From Myxococcota bacterium (lineage in GTDB: Bacteria; Myxococcota_A; UBA796; GCA-2862545), in NCBI GenBank assembly GCA_041389545.1, contig JAWKRQ010000039.1:1-64000 (forward strand): a stretch of 64,000 bases of DNA. The letters are read 5' to 3'. The first letter of the stretch is position 1. Each line of letters opens with the position of its first letter. This document shows positions 19,102-30,447 of this stretch, piece after piece. A model generated the notes under the pieces. That model had not been told where the DNA came from. It ran no database searches and saw nothing but the letters and a program-made list of their open reading frames with translations. Both the position numbers and the translations under genes were made by a program.

Positions 19102-20118
19102 ATGAACCGCTCACTCCGCTCGCTCCTGCCCCTCGCCGCCACCGCCGCCGCCTCCCTCGCCTGCGCGGGGCTCGGCGCGCGCATCGCCGCCGACAACCTG
19201 GCCTGGTCCCTCGAGAGCATCGACCTGCTCGAGCCCGGCCCGGGCCGCGATCAGCTCACCGCCTGGGCCGAGGAGGGCTTCGTCCGCGCCCGCCGGGGCG
19301 ACCTCGACTCCAGCGTCGCGCGCGCGTTCCGGGACGCCGTCGAGGCCGCCGCCGAGGACCGCGTCCTCGCCCCCGCCGAGCTCGACGAGATCGCCGCCAT
19401 CGCCGCGCCCTTCGCCACCCCCGGCCCGGACTCGCCCGAGCGGCAGGCCATGCTCGACGACATGCGCGCCCGCAAGCGGACGACCCGCCCCCCGCCCCCG
19501 CCCCGCTACCACGTCGAGGACTGGGACCTGGCCGCGCTGCGCGACCACGCCAGCGCGCTGGCCCCCGGCGGGACGCTCGCCTGCGAGGAAGCGGAGGTCC
19601 CCGACGTGGGGCCGACCCGGTCCTGCGCCCTGCCGGACGGCCTGGGCACCGTGATCTGGCAGCAGCTGCCCGACCCGTCCACCGCCGAGGCCGTCCAGGG
19701 CGCGACGCAGATGAACATGGCCGTGTACCGCGAGCACAGCACGCTGCTCTCCGTCCAGTTCAACGGCGAGCGCCCCGCGATCCCCGCGCTGACCCGCTGG
19801 CTGGCCGCGGGACCGCCCCGCGCCGACGTCGACTGGGTCCGCCCCCTCGCCGCACAGGACGGGCTCGCCCTCGGCGAGTGCCACGAGATGGACCTGATGG
19901 GCACGGCCACCACCTCGTGCCCCCTGCTGCGCGACGACCAGCCCACCGGGATGGTGATCCTCGCCGGCCACCCCGGCGCCGCGGACGAGGCGCCGCACCC
20001 GGCCGGCGGCGGCGCCGTCACGGCCGTGGCCGCCGGCGTCGAGGTGACGCTCACGCTCACCGACCCGACCCTGAACGACGCGCTCCTGCACGCCGTCCTG
20101 ACCGGTCAGCCGCGCTGA
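19102..20118 (+). CDS. Lipoprotein, hypothetical
   Basis: MNRSLRSLLPLAATAAASLACAGLG gives a signal peptide with a LAC lipobox. The rest is 338 aa with normal composition. Confidence 0.6.
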   Translation: MNRSLRSLLPLAATAAASLACAGLGARIAADNLAWSLESIDLLEPGPGRDQLTAWAEEGFVRARRGDLDSSVARAFRDAVEAAAEDRVLAPAELDEIAAIAAPFATPGPDSPERQAMLDDMRARKRTTRPPPPPRYHVEDWDLAALRDHASALAPGGTLACEEAEVPDVGPTRSCALPDGLGTVIWQQLPDPSTAEAVQGATQMNMAVYREHSTLLSVQFNGERPAIPALTRWLAAGPPRADVDWVRPLAAQDGLALGECHEMDLMGTATTSCPLLRDDQPTGMVILAGHPGAADEAPHPAGGGAVTAVAAGVEVTLTLTDPTLNDALLHAVLTGQPR

Positions 20119-20246
20119 CGCTCGCTCCGCGGCGGTGCGCCGCCGAGGCGCCTGCGGTGTCCAGAGCCCGACGGCCGACCTTCCGTCCGGCACCCCCACG
20201 CCAGCGGGACCGGGCTATAGCTGCCACCGAGCCAGAGGAGGCGCGA

Positions 20247-21101
20247 ATGGCCCGTGTCGAGCAGGTGTTGGCCGAGTACCCCGATTCCACCCTCACCTAC
20301 AAGCTGCTGGGCGCGCTGTACGGCACCGTCCCCGGCGCCGGCGCGTTCTCCCCGATGCACACGCTCGAGGACACGCTGCGGACGCTGAACCCCGCCGCCA
20401 CCGCCGCCGACGTGGCCCGCGCCCGCGACATCGCCGATCGCACCGACGAGATCGGCGACATCCTGTGGATGGGCAACCTGATGGACTCGGGCGACAAGGG
20501 CTACGCCGTGCTCACGGGCCTGGCCGCCGCCTGGAAGCTGTTCCAGGGCAAGGGCAGCGACGCCTTCGAGAACGACCCGCAGCAGCGCAACGACGCCGTG
20601 CTCAAGGCCCTCGGCATCGCCTACATGGTCTACAAGGCCTACCCGGGCTCGCTGTCGGAGCGCGCCGCCGCGTTCCAGGCCTCCCCCGCCGGCAAGGCGC
20701 TGGCCGTGTACTACGGCGCGGTGGAGCTGGCCCTGCCCTTCGCCGACAACGCTGCCACCATGGGCGCCTCGGGCTTCTCCTCGTTCCTCGAGGGCCAGTC
20801 CGCCGCCCAGGCCGGCCGCCTCGCGCAGATGGCCCAGGGCCACGACGTGGGCAAGGCCTCCGAGATGCTCACCCAGGTCACCTCCCAGCTCGGCTCGGTC
20901 GCGGCGACCGCGTCGGGGTACATCCAGCCCATGACCCAGGCCATCGGACCGTACCTGCCGAGCGCGGCCTCCGTGGGCCTCGCCGCCGACCGGGCCGCGG
21001 GCGCCATGGCGGCCGCCGCCGACGTGCTGCCCGTCTACCGGCTGCTGTCGGCCCGGCTCGCCGCCGAGTCCGCCGCCCGCCGCGCGCTCGCGCCGAAGTA
21101 G
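20247..21101 (+). CDS. Hypothetical protein
   Basis: ATG is preceded by AGAGGAGG. 284 aa (MARVEQVLAEYPDSTLTYKLLGALYG...) with normal composition. Confidence 0.55.
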   Translation: MARVEQVLAEYPDSTLTYKLLGALYGTVPGAGAFSPMHTLEDTLRTLNPAATAADVARARDIADRTDEIGDILWMGNLMDSGDKGYAVLTGLAAAWKLFQGKGSDAFENDPQQRNDAVLKALGIAYMVYKAYPGSLSERAAAFQASPAGKALAVYYGAVELALPFADNAATMGASGFSSFLEGQSAAQAGRLAQMAQGHDVGKASEMLTQVTSQLGSVAATASGYIQPMTQAIGPYLPSAASVGLAADRAAGAMAAAADVLPVYRLLSARLAAESAARRALAPK

Positions 21102-21104
21102 CCG

Positions 21105-21860
21105 GTGGCGCTCACCTCGGTCGCCGCGTCGCTGCGGGCCTTCGGGCCCACCACCCTGGTGGTGCGCGCGGTCGACGCCGTGCTCGGCACGCTGGGCGAG
21201 CCGCCCGTCCCCCACTGGGCCACCGTGGGAGACGCCGCGGCAGCGCTCGACGCGCCGCTGGCGCACACCGAGGCGTTCGCCGAGGACGACCGGTCCCGCG
21301 AGATCCTGCACGTCGGGGCCGCCGTCGACGGCGCCGACCGCGCCGTCGCCCGGCGCATCCGCGCGGAGGACGCCCTCGGCCCCCAGGCGGAGGACGCCGT
21401 GCTGAAGCTCCTGATGCTCGGCTGGCTCCAGGGCGCGACCCACGGCGCGCTCCTCGACCTGCACGCCGGCCGCACCGCCCTGCTGTGCTGGGCGGCCGTC
21501 GACGTGGTGCTGCCCCTGGGCGGCGCCGACGTCCCGTGGATGCTCGAGGAGCACCGCGAGCAGCAGACGATCCGGCTGGTCTCGCTGTGCGGCGAGGCCG
21601 GCATGGACCGCGTCCGCGGCGGCGTCGACGCCGTGCTGCCCCGGGCCGCCGAGGCCGTCGCCCGCGCCGCGCCCCACGCCGACGCCCTGGCGCTCGCCCT
21701 CGCGCCGTTCGTCCCGGGCCTGCTCGCCAGCGGCGACGACGCCGCCGCCAACGTCGCGCTGCAGGGCGACCGGCTGCCGCTGTACAAGTGGCTCGCCACC
21801 CGGATCGCCGCGGAGTACGCCGCCTCGCGCGCCCGCACCGGGATCACGGGGCCCACGTGA
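21105..21860 (+). CDS. Hypothetical protein
   Basis: GTG start lies 3 nt after the upstream stop. 251 aa. The stop overlaps the next gene's start (GTGA). Confidence 0.5.
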   Translation: MALTSVAASLRAFGPTTLVVRAVDAVLGTLGEPPVPHWATVGDAAAALDAPLAHTEAFAEDDRSREILHVGAAVDGADRAVARRIRAEDALGPQAEDAVLKLLMLGWLQGATHGALLDLHAGRTALLCWAAVDVVLPLGGADVPWMLEEHREQQTIRLVSLCGEAGMDRVRGGVDAVLPRAAEAVARAAPHADALALALAPFVPGLLASGDDAAANVALQGDRLPLYKWLATRIAAEYAASRARTGITGPT

Positions 21861-23542
21861 CCCCGCTCCTGCTGGCGGCGGCGGCCCAGGCCGCCCCCGA
21901 GCCCGACATCTCCCGCGCCCTGGCGCTGGTGGACTGGCTCGGCTGGGCGGCCTCCGACCGCGCCGTCGCGCAGTACGTCGCCGAGGCCCACGAGCCGCGC
22001 GGCCCCTTCGGCGTGTCCCTCCGCGAGCCCGACCGCGACCGCCTCCGCGAGGACGAAGCGGCCCCGCTCTACGCCGTCGAGGGCACCCTCGACGAGGTGC
22101 ACCTCCACGGCACGACCTTCGTGCTGGCGCAGCTGCGCGAGGCCGTCGTCTACACGAACCCCGCGTCGGTGCCGCTGCACGGCCTCGCCCTGCGCGTCTT
22201 CCCGAACGGCCAGGACCTGCGCCACCACGGCGCCGAGATCGAGGGGGTCTGGGTCGACGACCGGCCCGCCCCGTTCGAGATCGACGGCACCATCCTGTCC
22301 GTCGACCTCGACCCGCCGCTGGCGCCCGGCAAGACCGCCCGCATCCTGCTGCACCTCATGGAGCAGGTGCCGCCGTTCGACCCGCGCCAGCCGCTGACCG
22401 AGGCCATCGACCCCGAAGCGACCGGCACCTTCGGCCGGGCCGACGGCTGGCTCAACCTCGGCTACTGGCTCCCCGTCGTCACCCCCGTCGACAAGCGCGG
22501 CCGCTTCGACATCCGCCCGCTGAAGCCCAACGCCGAGCACGCCATGTTCGACCCGGCGCTGTTCCACGTCGTGCTGAACACGCCCGCGTCGCTGGCCGTG
22601 GCCACGACCGGGGTGGAGACGAGCCGCGTGGTCGACGGCGAGCGCGCCACCACCATCGCCGTGGCCGGGTGGGCGCGCGACTTCGCCGTCGCGCTCGTGC
22701 CCGACGGGCGCGTGCTCACGGGCAAGGTCGGCAGCACGCGGATCCGCGTCGTCCACGCCGGCGGCAGCGACCAGGGCGCCCACCTCCTCGAGTACGCCGA
22801 GCGCGCCGTGCGCGTCTACACCGAGCGGTTCGGCCCGCTGGCCGAGGCCGAGCTCGACGTGGTCGAGGCCCCGCTGCGGCAGCTCGGCGCCGTCAGCTAC
22901 CCGGGGCTCGTCGCCGTCGACACGAGCCACCAGGGCGTGCCCTACCACCGCAGCGCGGCCCACGAGTGGGCGCTGGCGCACGAGATCGCGCACCAGTGGT
23001 GGGGCGACGAGGTGGGCAACGACCCCGCCACGACCCCGTGGCTCGACGAGGGCCTCGCCGCCCACGCCGCGAGCGTCTACTGGCTCGAGCGCTACGGCCA
23101 GGACGCCCTCGACATGCGCAACACGCTCGGCATCACCGGGCGGCTGCGCAAGATCCAGGCCCAGGGCCGCGCCGACCTGCCCGCGAACCGCCCCGCCTGG
23201 GAGTACGACCTCGACCAGTACGCCGCCGTCGTCTACGGCCGCAGCGCCCTGTTCTTCGACCAGGTCCACCGGCTGCTCGGCGACCAGCGGTTCTACGGCG
23301 CGCTGGGCCGCTACCACGATCGCTTCGCCGGCCGCTTCGCCACGCCGGACGACCTGCTCGCCGAGCTCGCCGCCGCCACCGATCGCGACGGTGCGGCCCA
23401 GCTCGCCGTGCTCTACACGCGCTGGATCACCGAGGCCCACGCGTTCGAGGACCTGGTGGAGGAGCCCGCCGCCGACGACGCCCCGCAGGCCGACGCCGAC
23501 GACGCGGCCCCGCGGGCAGCGCGCCACCCGCGGGCGCCGTAG
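21857..23542 (+). CDS. M1-family (gluzincin) zinc aminopeptidase-like protein
   Basis: HEIAHQWWGDEVGN (HExxH) plus a downstream LDEGLAAHAA glutamate region. 561 aa. Apparently translationally coupled to the two upstream hypotheticals. Confidence 0.6.
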   Translation: MTPLLLAAAAQAAPEPDISRALALVDWLGWAASDRAVAQYVAEAHEPRGPFGVSLREPDRDRLREDEAAPLYAVEGTLDEVHLHGTTFVLAQLREAVVYTNPASVPLHGLALRVFPNGQDLRHHGAEIEGVWVDDRPAPFEIDGTILSVDLDPPLAPGKTARILLHLMEQVPPFDPRQPLTEAIDPEATGTFGRADGWLNLGYWLPVVTPVDKRGRFDIRPLKPNAEHAMFDPALFHVVLNTPASLAVATTGVETSRVVDGERATTIAVAGWARDFAVALVPDGRVLTGKVGSTRIRVVHAGGSDQGAHLLEYAERAVRVYTERFGPLAEAELDVVEAPLRQLGAVSYPGLVAVDTSHQGVPYHRSAAHEWALAHEIAHQWWGDEVGNDPATTPWLDEGLAAHAASVYWLERYGQDALDMRNTLGITGRLRKIQAQGRADLPANRPAWEYDLDQYAAVVYGRSALFFDQVHRLLGDQRFYGALGRYHDRFAGRFATPDDLLAELAAATDRDGAAQLAVLYTRWITEAHAFEDLVEEPAADDAPQADADDAAPRAARHPRAP

Positions 23543-23547
23543 CGCGG

Positions 23548-24141
23548 CTAGCGCTTCTGGACGTTCAGCGGGAAGAAGTCCTTGCCCTGCTCGCTCGAGA
23601 TGTGGTCGACGCCCTTCGTGGCGCTCTCCCAGTCGAACGAGTGCGTCTCGGTGCCGTTGCCGAGCCCCGGGTCGAACTTGATGGTCGTGTTCGCGTCGTC
23701 GGACGACACGATCTCGTAGCTCACCGGCCCGAACTGCTCGTCCTTGCCGAAGTGGATCGTGACCTGGTCCTCGGTGAAGTCGAACTCGCAGCCCTTCGTG
23801 AACTTGATGAGCTGCTTCATGGCCTTGGCCTCGTCGCCCTTCTTGCCCTCCCACTCCTTGAAGAGCTGCTGCTCGTCCTTCGTGAGGTCGCCGAGGCGGT
23901 CCTTCTTCTCCTTCTTCCCCGACATCGCCGCGCCGATGATCTTGAGCTGGCGGAGCTGGTCGTCGTCGGGCATCATCCGCCAGTTCCCCACCAGGCGGTT
24001 GCCCTCGGCGGGGGTCTCGGTCCCGTCGGTCGTCGTTCCGTCCGTCTCCCCGGCGCCCGAACAGGCGAGGATCGGGATCCCGACGGTGAGGGCGACGCCG
24101 GCGGCGAGCAGCAGGCGACGTGCCGAAGCAACAGCGTTCAT
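23548..24141 (-). CDS. Lys/Glu/Asp-rich lipoprotein, hypothetical
   Basis: The signal peptide has an ILACSG lipobox. 197 aa. The charged composition is unusual for this genome. Confidence 0.55.
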   Translation of the reverse strand: MNAVASARRLLLAAGVALTVGIPILACSGAGETDGTTTDGTETPAEGNRLVGNWRMMPDDDQLRQLKIIGAAMSGKKEKKDRLGDLTKDEQQLFKEWEGKKGDEAKAMKQLIKFTKGCEFDFTEDQVTIHFGKDEQFGPVSYEIVSSDDANTTIKFDPGLGNGTETHSFDWESATKGVDHISSEQGKDFFPLNVQKR

Positions 24142-24238
24142 CTGGGGACTCCTCCGGTTTCGGTGCGCCGGTCCAGGGGGGACGCCGGCGTTGCGGCCGG
24201 TTGATGATAACCGCTCGACTCCCCGCGACCACTCGCCC

Positions 24239-25036
24239 CTAAGACGAGGCCGACGTGTAGGAGGCCAGCGCGGCGCGCCACGCCGCCCGGCTGACGGCCA
24301 GGAACGCGAGCCCCACCCCCACGCCGAAGGCGACCGTGCCGCCGGTCCACGTCCCGCGGAGCGCCATCGCCGGGAAGGTCGTCAGCAGGCCCACCGGCAC
24401 GACGACGAGCAGCCCGACCTGCACCCAGCGCGCGAACACGTCGAGCGGCCAGCGCCCGGCGTCGGTGACCGCCCACAGCAGGAAGCGCAGGTTGTCGACG
24501 CGCACGAACCAGAAGCTCGCGCAGATCGCCATCAGCCACAGGCCGTACATCGCGGCCATGCCGGCCAGCAGCAGCACGGCGGCGGCGGCCACGTCGGCGG
24601 GCGACGGCGGCGGCATCCGCGCCACCGACCAGGCGACGAGCCCGAGCGCCGCCAGCAGCGTCCAGACGGGGCCCGGGTCGACCCGACGCAGGCTCACGAG
24701 CAGCTGCGCGTCGGCCGGCTTGAGCAGCACGAAGTCGAGGGAGCCCGTGCGGATCGCCTCGACGATCTCGCCGAGGTTCGGCTCCACGAGCACCGACAGC
24801 AGCCCCTGCATGAGGAAGAACAGGCCCACCACCAGCGTGACCTCGCCCTCGGTCCAGCCCGCGACGGTGTCGCGGTGGTCGAACAGCAGGACCAGCGGGA
24901 CGACGGCGGCCACGGCGCGGACCACCCCGGTGACGGCGTCCATCACGAAGTCGGCGCGGTACTGCATCGCCGCGGACAGCGAGACGCGGACGAGCCCCGC
25001 CGCCACCTGCGCCCACCGCACCGGCCCGCTGCGCAC
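24239..25036 (-). CDS. ABC-2 family transporter permease
   Basis: Six TM segments. RVDNLRFLLWAVTDAGRWPLDVF is typical of ABC-2 permeases. Adjacent to a second permease and an ATPase. Confidence 0.6.
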   Translation of the reverse strand: MRSGPVRWAQVAAGLVRVSLSAAMQYRADFVMDAVTGVVRAVAAVVPLVLLFDHRDTVAGWTEGEVTLVVGLFFLMQGLLSVLVEPNLGEIVEAIRTGSLDFVLLKPADAQLLVSLRRVDPGPVWTLLAALGLVAWSVARMPPPSPADVAAAAVLLLAGMAAMYGLWLMAICASFWFVRVDNLRFLLWAVTDAGRWPLDVFARWVQVGLLVVVPVGLLTTFPAMALRGTWTGGTVAFGVGVGLAFLAVSRAAWRAALASYTSASS

Positions 25037-25037
25037 C

Positions 25038-25834
25038 CTAGGCCCCGAACGCGCCGTAGCGGCGCACGCCGACGGCCCAGACCCAGCGGACGGCGCCCAG
25101 CAGCGCCACGAGCCACGCCGCCTGCACGCCGACCTGCACCACGGCCTCGCGCAGCGGGAGGAACCCGCCCAGGATCTCCACGGGGAGCCCCAGCATCCCG
25201 CGGAACGGCAGCGCGGCGAGCACCGGGCGCACCCCCGGCGGGAACAGCGACAGGGGCACGAGGTAGCCCGACAGCAGCGACCAGGCCGCGAACCACACGC
25301 CGAACAGCGCGTCGGACTTGTCGATCCAGAACGACAGGGTCGCGAACAGCGCCTGCACGAGGAAGTTGAGCAGCCAGGCGACGGCCGTGGCCACGGCGAA
25401 CAGCGCGACCTCGGCCGGGCTCGGGGTGCGCCACAGGTCGGGCCGCAGCAGCAGCAGGGTGCCGACGATCGGCACCAGCACGAGCGCGCGCAGCGGGATG
25501 GCGACCACCATGTCGATGGCGTGCTGCACGAGGGGGTGCATCGGCTTGAGGAGCCAGATGGACAGGCGACCGGTGCGGATGTCCTCGTTGAGCGCCCAGA
25601 CGAGCCACACCGACGTGAGCTGGCGGACCACCAGCGTGATCGCGAAGTAGCGCACGAAGCCCGCCTCGTCGTAGCCGGCGACGGGGCCCTCGCGCGCCAC
25701 CGCGCTCCACAGCGCCAGCATGACGAGCGGCAGCAGCGTGGAGAGGATCCAGATCACCATCTCCGCGCGGTAGGCGACGATCCCGGCGAACGAGACGCGC
25801 GCCAGGTCGGGCAGCGCGCGGCGCAGGTGGCCCC

Positions 25835-25838
<4 letters not shown>
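25038..25838 (-). CDS. ABC-2 family transporter permease (second subunit)
   Basis: GTG start overlaps the ATPase stop (GTGA). Multi-TM: VSFAGIVAYRAEMVIWILSTLLPLVMLALW... Confidence 0.55.
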
Positions 25839-26821
<983 letters not shown>

Positions 26822-27013
26822 GTTCGCCCCCTACCCCGCGTGCGCGGCGGCAGACAGGTCGATCCTCGCCGATCTCGACGGGGCCCGGAACCATTTGGCA
26901 CAATTACGCATTGTGTCGCTCGAAGGCGTGTGAACGCGCGTAACGACCCGGAGGGGGTGGGCACCCCGCGGATCGGAGCGCTATGCTGCGCTCGGACCGA
27001 AGGAGGAGACCCG

Positions 27014-27364
27014 ATGCGTATCCCTGTGCTGCTGATGGCCGCGCTCTTCACCACGCCCGCGTTCGCGTTCTCGGGCTCTGGCACCACCACCACGCCCGGC
27101 ACCTACGACTCCGGCACCACCACCGGAGATGCCGATGCCGACGCCGATGCCGATGCGGATGCCGACAGCGACGCCGACGCCGACAGCGATGCCGACGCCG
27201 ATGCCGACGCCGACACCGACGCCGACACCGACGTGGCCACGGGCGACACCGGCACCGACAAGGGCGCCGCCTGCTCGGGCTGCTCCTCGAGCGGCAGCTT
27301 CGGCGCGTCCGCGGGCCTGCTGCTCGGCCTGGGCCTCGTGGCCCGCCGCCGCCGCCAGGCCTGA
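27014..27364 (+). CDS. Small secreted protein with a (Asp-Ala/Ser/Thr)n repeat and a MYXO-CTERM sorting tail
   Basis: AGGAGGA sits upstream of the ATG. The signal peptide is MRIPVLLMAALFTTPAFA. The repeat is DADADADADADSDADADSDADADADADTDADTD from GATGCC/GACGCC hexamers. The C-terminus is CSGCSSSG...LLLGLGLVARRRRQA. Confidence 0.6.
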   Translation: MRIPVLLMAALFTTPAFAFSGSGTTTTPGTYDSGTTTGDADADADADADADSDADADSDADADADADTDADTDVATGDTGTDKGAACSGCSSSGSFGASAGLLLGLGLVARRRRQA

Positions 27365-27446
27365 TCTTCGCGGGCCGGCCCTGCCGGCCCCGCACTCGGA
27401 GCGCGACCGCCGGGCGACCGACGGTCGCGCTCTCGTCTTTGGGGGA

Positions 27447-28949
27447 TCACCGCCGCAGCGCCCGCGCCTCCAGCCGCCCGATCGCCGCCCACCGCGCCCG
27501 CGTCCACAGCGGCCCGCGCGTCGCGAGCTGGACGTCGGCGTACAGCGCCCGCACCTCGGGGTCCTCGAGCGCGTCGTGGCCGCTCGCCAGCGTCTGCAGG
27601 TAGCCCTCGGGCACCGCGCGCCGGAAGTGCCCGATGCGCCACCGCTCCGCGCCGGGCACCGGCAGCCGCGCCAGCAGCGGGTCGGTGAGCCCCATCACGT
27701 CCACGACGTGCACCCGCGGCCCCGCGTAGAAGCCGTACAGCCCCACGACCGCCTTCTCCTCGACCAGCGGCGCCATCGCGCGCGCCACCCGCGCCTGCGC
27801 CGCGAACAGGTGGTTCGGCCGCCACCGCCACCGGCCGACGAGCACGCCCGTGCCGGTCCAGTAGAAGCCGCGCTCGTCGACGACGCCCTGCTCGGGCGGC
27901 GCGCGGCGGTAGTGCGGGCCGGCGCGCAGCGGCGCGTACGGCGAGGCCAGCGAGGCGACCAGCGCCACCGCGGCGATCCCGCCGGCGAGCCGCGGCGGGA
28001 GCGGGGTCCGCGCGACGATCAGCGCCGCGACCCACAGCGGTAGCGTGAGGAACCGCCCGGCCATGAAGTCGCCGCCGATCCGCGCCACGTAGGCGAGGTA
28101 CAGCGCGCCCCCAAGCGCCAGGGCGGCCACCCGCGCGTCGCGCCGCGCGAGCCCGAGCCCCAGCCCGACGGCCACGGCGGGCAGGGTCACCGGATCGTGG
28201 CGGGCGGTCCAGGCGAAGTAGTGCAGCGACTGGACGACGAGCGTGAGCGCGGGCACGCCGGCGCCGAGCTTGGCCCAGGCCGTGTTCGGGACGGTGCTGC
28301 CGTAGTACACGAGCGCGGCGACGTGCCAGGCGGCGAGCGGGGCCCACCCGACCTGCGCCTGGAGCACGGCCCGGCGCTGCCCCGCCCGCCAGGCCCGCAC
28401 GGTCTCCAGCGCCAGCGCCGGCAGCACCACCACCAGGGCGTCCAGGCGGGTCAGCCCCACCAGCGCGGCCAGGAGCACCAGCGCGCCCAGGCGTGGCCGC
28501 TCCTGGAACAGCACGGCCGCGAAGCCCGCGACCAGCAGCCACACGAGCGGGTTCTCGAGGCCAGCGGTGGCGTAGTCGACCCAGGCCTTGCTGGCGACGA
28601 GCAGCGCGAGCAGCACCGCCGCGCCGCCCGGCCCGGCCGCGACCCGCCGGACGGCGAGCGCCAAGGCCGCCGCCGAGGTCAGCGCGCCCACGGCGATGGT
28701 GGTGAGCCACGGCTCGCGCGTGAGGGCGTAGGGCAGCGCGATCCACCCGAGCCACAGCGGGTGGGTGAAGGCCTGGACACGCTCCGCGGGGTTGTAGCGC
28801 AGGCCGAGGCCGTGCAGCGCGTTGTCGAGCGTGCGGAGCGTGACGAAGGCGTCGTCGCTCATCCAGGCGGTCCGCACGACGGCGACCGCCAGGAGCACCG
28901 CCAGCACCCCCGCCGCGGCGCGCGTCCCTCGCTGGTCCCGCTCGGACAC
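27447..28949 (-). CDS. GT-C-fold membrane glycosyltransferase-like protein (ArnT/PMT-like polytopic transferase)
   Basis: 500 aa with about 10 TM segments. An N-terminal loop has MSDDAFVTLR (DD motif). There is a C-terminal soluble domain. Paralogous to the divergent neighbour. Confidence 0.5.
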   Translation of the reverse strand: MSERDQRGTRAAAGVLAVLLAVAVVRTAWMSDDAFVTLRTLDNALHGLGLRYNPAERVQAFTHPLWLGWIALPYALTREPWLTTIAVGALTSAAALALAVRRVAAGPGGAAVLLALLVASKAWVDYATAGLENPLVWLLVAGFAAVLFQERPRLGALVLLAALVGLTRLDALVVVLPALALETVRAWRAGQRRAVLQAQVGWAPLAAWHVAALVYYGSTVPNTAWAKLGAGVPALTLVVQSLHYFAWTARHDPVTLPAVAVGLGLGLARRDARVAALALGGALYLAYVARIGGDFMAGRFLTLPLWVAALIVARTPLPPRLAGGIAAVALVASLASPYAPLRAGPHYRRAPPEQGVVDERGFYWTGTGVLVGRWRWRPNHLFAAQARVARAMAPLVEEKAVVGLYGFYAGPRVHVVDVMGLTDPLLARLPVPGAERWRIGHFRRAVPEGYLQTLASGHDALEDPEVRALYADVQLATRGPLWTRARWAAIGRLEARALRR

Positions 28950-29004
28950 GGCCCGGCGTAACCCGCCTGGCCCGCCGCGCCCGCCGCGGATACCTCCGCC
29001 GCCC

Positions 29005-30420
29005 GTGCGCCCGACGCTCCCGCTGCTGGCCTTCGTCGTCGCCCTCGCCGCCGCCGCGCTGCGCAGCGCCGAGCTGCAGCCCTGGACGCTCGACGACGCC
29101 TACATCAGCTTCCGCTACGCCGAGCACTGGGCCGCGGGCCTCGGCCCCGTCTACACCGTCGGCGAGCGGGTGGAGGGCTACACCTGCTTCCTGTGGGTGG
29201 CGCTGCTCGCGGCCGGCCACGCCCTCGGCGCCGCCACCGAGCCCCTGTCCAAGGCGCTCGGCGGCCTCGCCGCGGCGGGCACCCTGGCGCTGCTCACGAG
29301 CGAGCGCGAGGGGCGCAGCCCCGTCGCCGCCGTGCTGCTCGGCTGCTGCGGCGCCTTCTCGGCCTGGGCGCTGTCGGGCATGGAGGTGGCGCTCGTCTGC
29401 CTGCTCGTGCTGGGCGGCTGGCGCGCCCACCTCGCCGGCGCGCCGGTCGCCTCGGGGCTGCTCGGCGGCCTCGCCGCGATGACGCGCCCCGACGCCCTGC
29501 TCGCCCCGCTCGTCCAGGCCGCCGAGCTCGCCTGGCAGCGCCGCGGCGGCGCCCTGCTCCGCCACGTCGGCGCCACGGCCCTGCTCTTCGCCCCCTGGTG
29601 GGCCGCGCGCTGGGCCTGGTACGGCTGGTTCTGGCCCAACACCGCCTACGCCAAGGTCGGCGCCACCCCCGACCAGCTGTGGCGCGGCCTCGGCTACGTC
29701 GCCGGCGCCGCCCTGCCGCTGGCGCCGGTCTGGCTCCCGGCGCTGCTCCTGCCGCTCGCGCCGACCCGCGGCCGCTACGCGGGGCTCGCCGCCTGGATCG
29801 GGCTCCACCTGGCCTACGTCGTCGCCGTGGGCGGCGACGTGATGCCCGGCTACCGCTTCCTCGTCGTGGCGCTGGGCCCGATCGCGCTGCTCGCCGGCGT
29901 CGGGCTGCAGCCGTTCGGCCCGCGCCGCGCCTGGGCCGCCGCCGCGCTGCTCGGCGCCGCCTCGCTGGCCGTCGCCCACGTCGACCCGCAGCTGTCGCGC
30001 CGCTTCGTCGAGCCCGACATCGGCGCGCGCGGCCGCGAAGTCGGGCTGTGGCTGCGCGACCACCTCCCGCCCGACGCCCTCGTCGCCACCAACACCGCCG
30101 GCTCCGTCCCGTACTTCTCCGGGCTCCCGGCGCTCGACATGCTCGGCCTGTGCGACGAGCACATCGCCCACGCGCCGGTCCCGCGCATGGGCCGCGGCCT
30201 GGCCGGCCACGAGAAGGGCGACGGCGCCTACGTCCTGTCGCGTCGGCCCGCCGTGGTGCTGTGGGGCGCGGCGCGCGGGCGGCGCAGCCCGCTGTTCCGC
30301 TCCGACCGCCAGCTCGACGCGCTGCCCGCCTTCCACCGCCAGTACCGCCTCGAGCGGCACACCCTGCCGTCGGGGGCCGCGCTGTGGCTGTGGCGGCGCA
30401 CCGACGTCGCGCTCAGGTGA
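29005..30420 (+). CDS. GT-C-fold membrane glycosyltransferase-like protein, paralog of 27447..28949
   Basis: GTG start. LDDAYISFRYAE is the DD motif. Multi-TM with the same overall layout. The ORF-track N-terminal extension is Pro/Arg-rich and unlikely to be translated. Confidence 0.5.
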   Translation: MRPTLPLLAFVVALAAAALRSAELQPWTLDDAYISFRYAEHWAAGLGPVYTVGERVEGYTCFLWVALLAAGHALGAATEPLSKALGGLAAAGTLALLTSEREGRSPVAAVLLGCCGAFSAWALSGMEVALVCLLVLGGWRAHLAGAPVASGLLGGLAAMTRPDALLAPLVQAAELAWQRRGGALLRHVGATALLFAPWWAARWAWYGWFWPNTAYAKVGATPDQLWRGLGYVAGAALPLAPVWLPALLLPLAPTRGRYAGLAAWIGLHLAYVVAVGGDVMPGYRFLVVALGPIALLAGVGLQPFGPRRAWAAAALLGAASLAVAHVDPQLSRRFVEPDIGARGREVGLWLRDHLPPDALVATNTAGSVPYFSGLPALDMLGLCDEHIAHAPVPRMGRGLAGHEKGDGAYVLSRRPAVVLWGAARGRRSPLFRSDRQLDALPAFHRQYRLERHTLPSGAALWLWRRTDVALR

Positions 30421-30447
30421 CGGCGGAGGGCGGGTTACACCCCGCCC

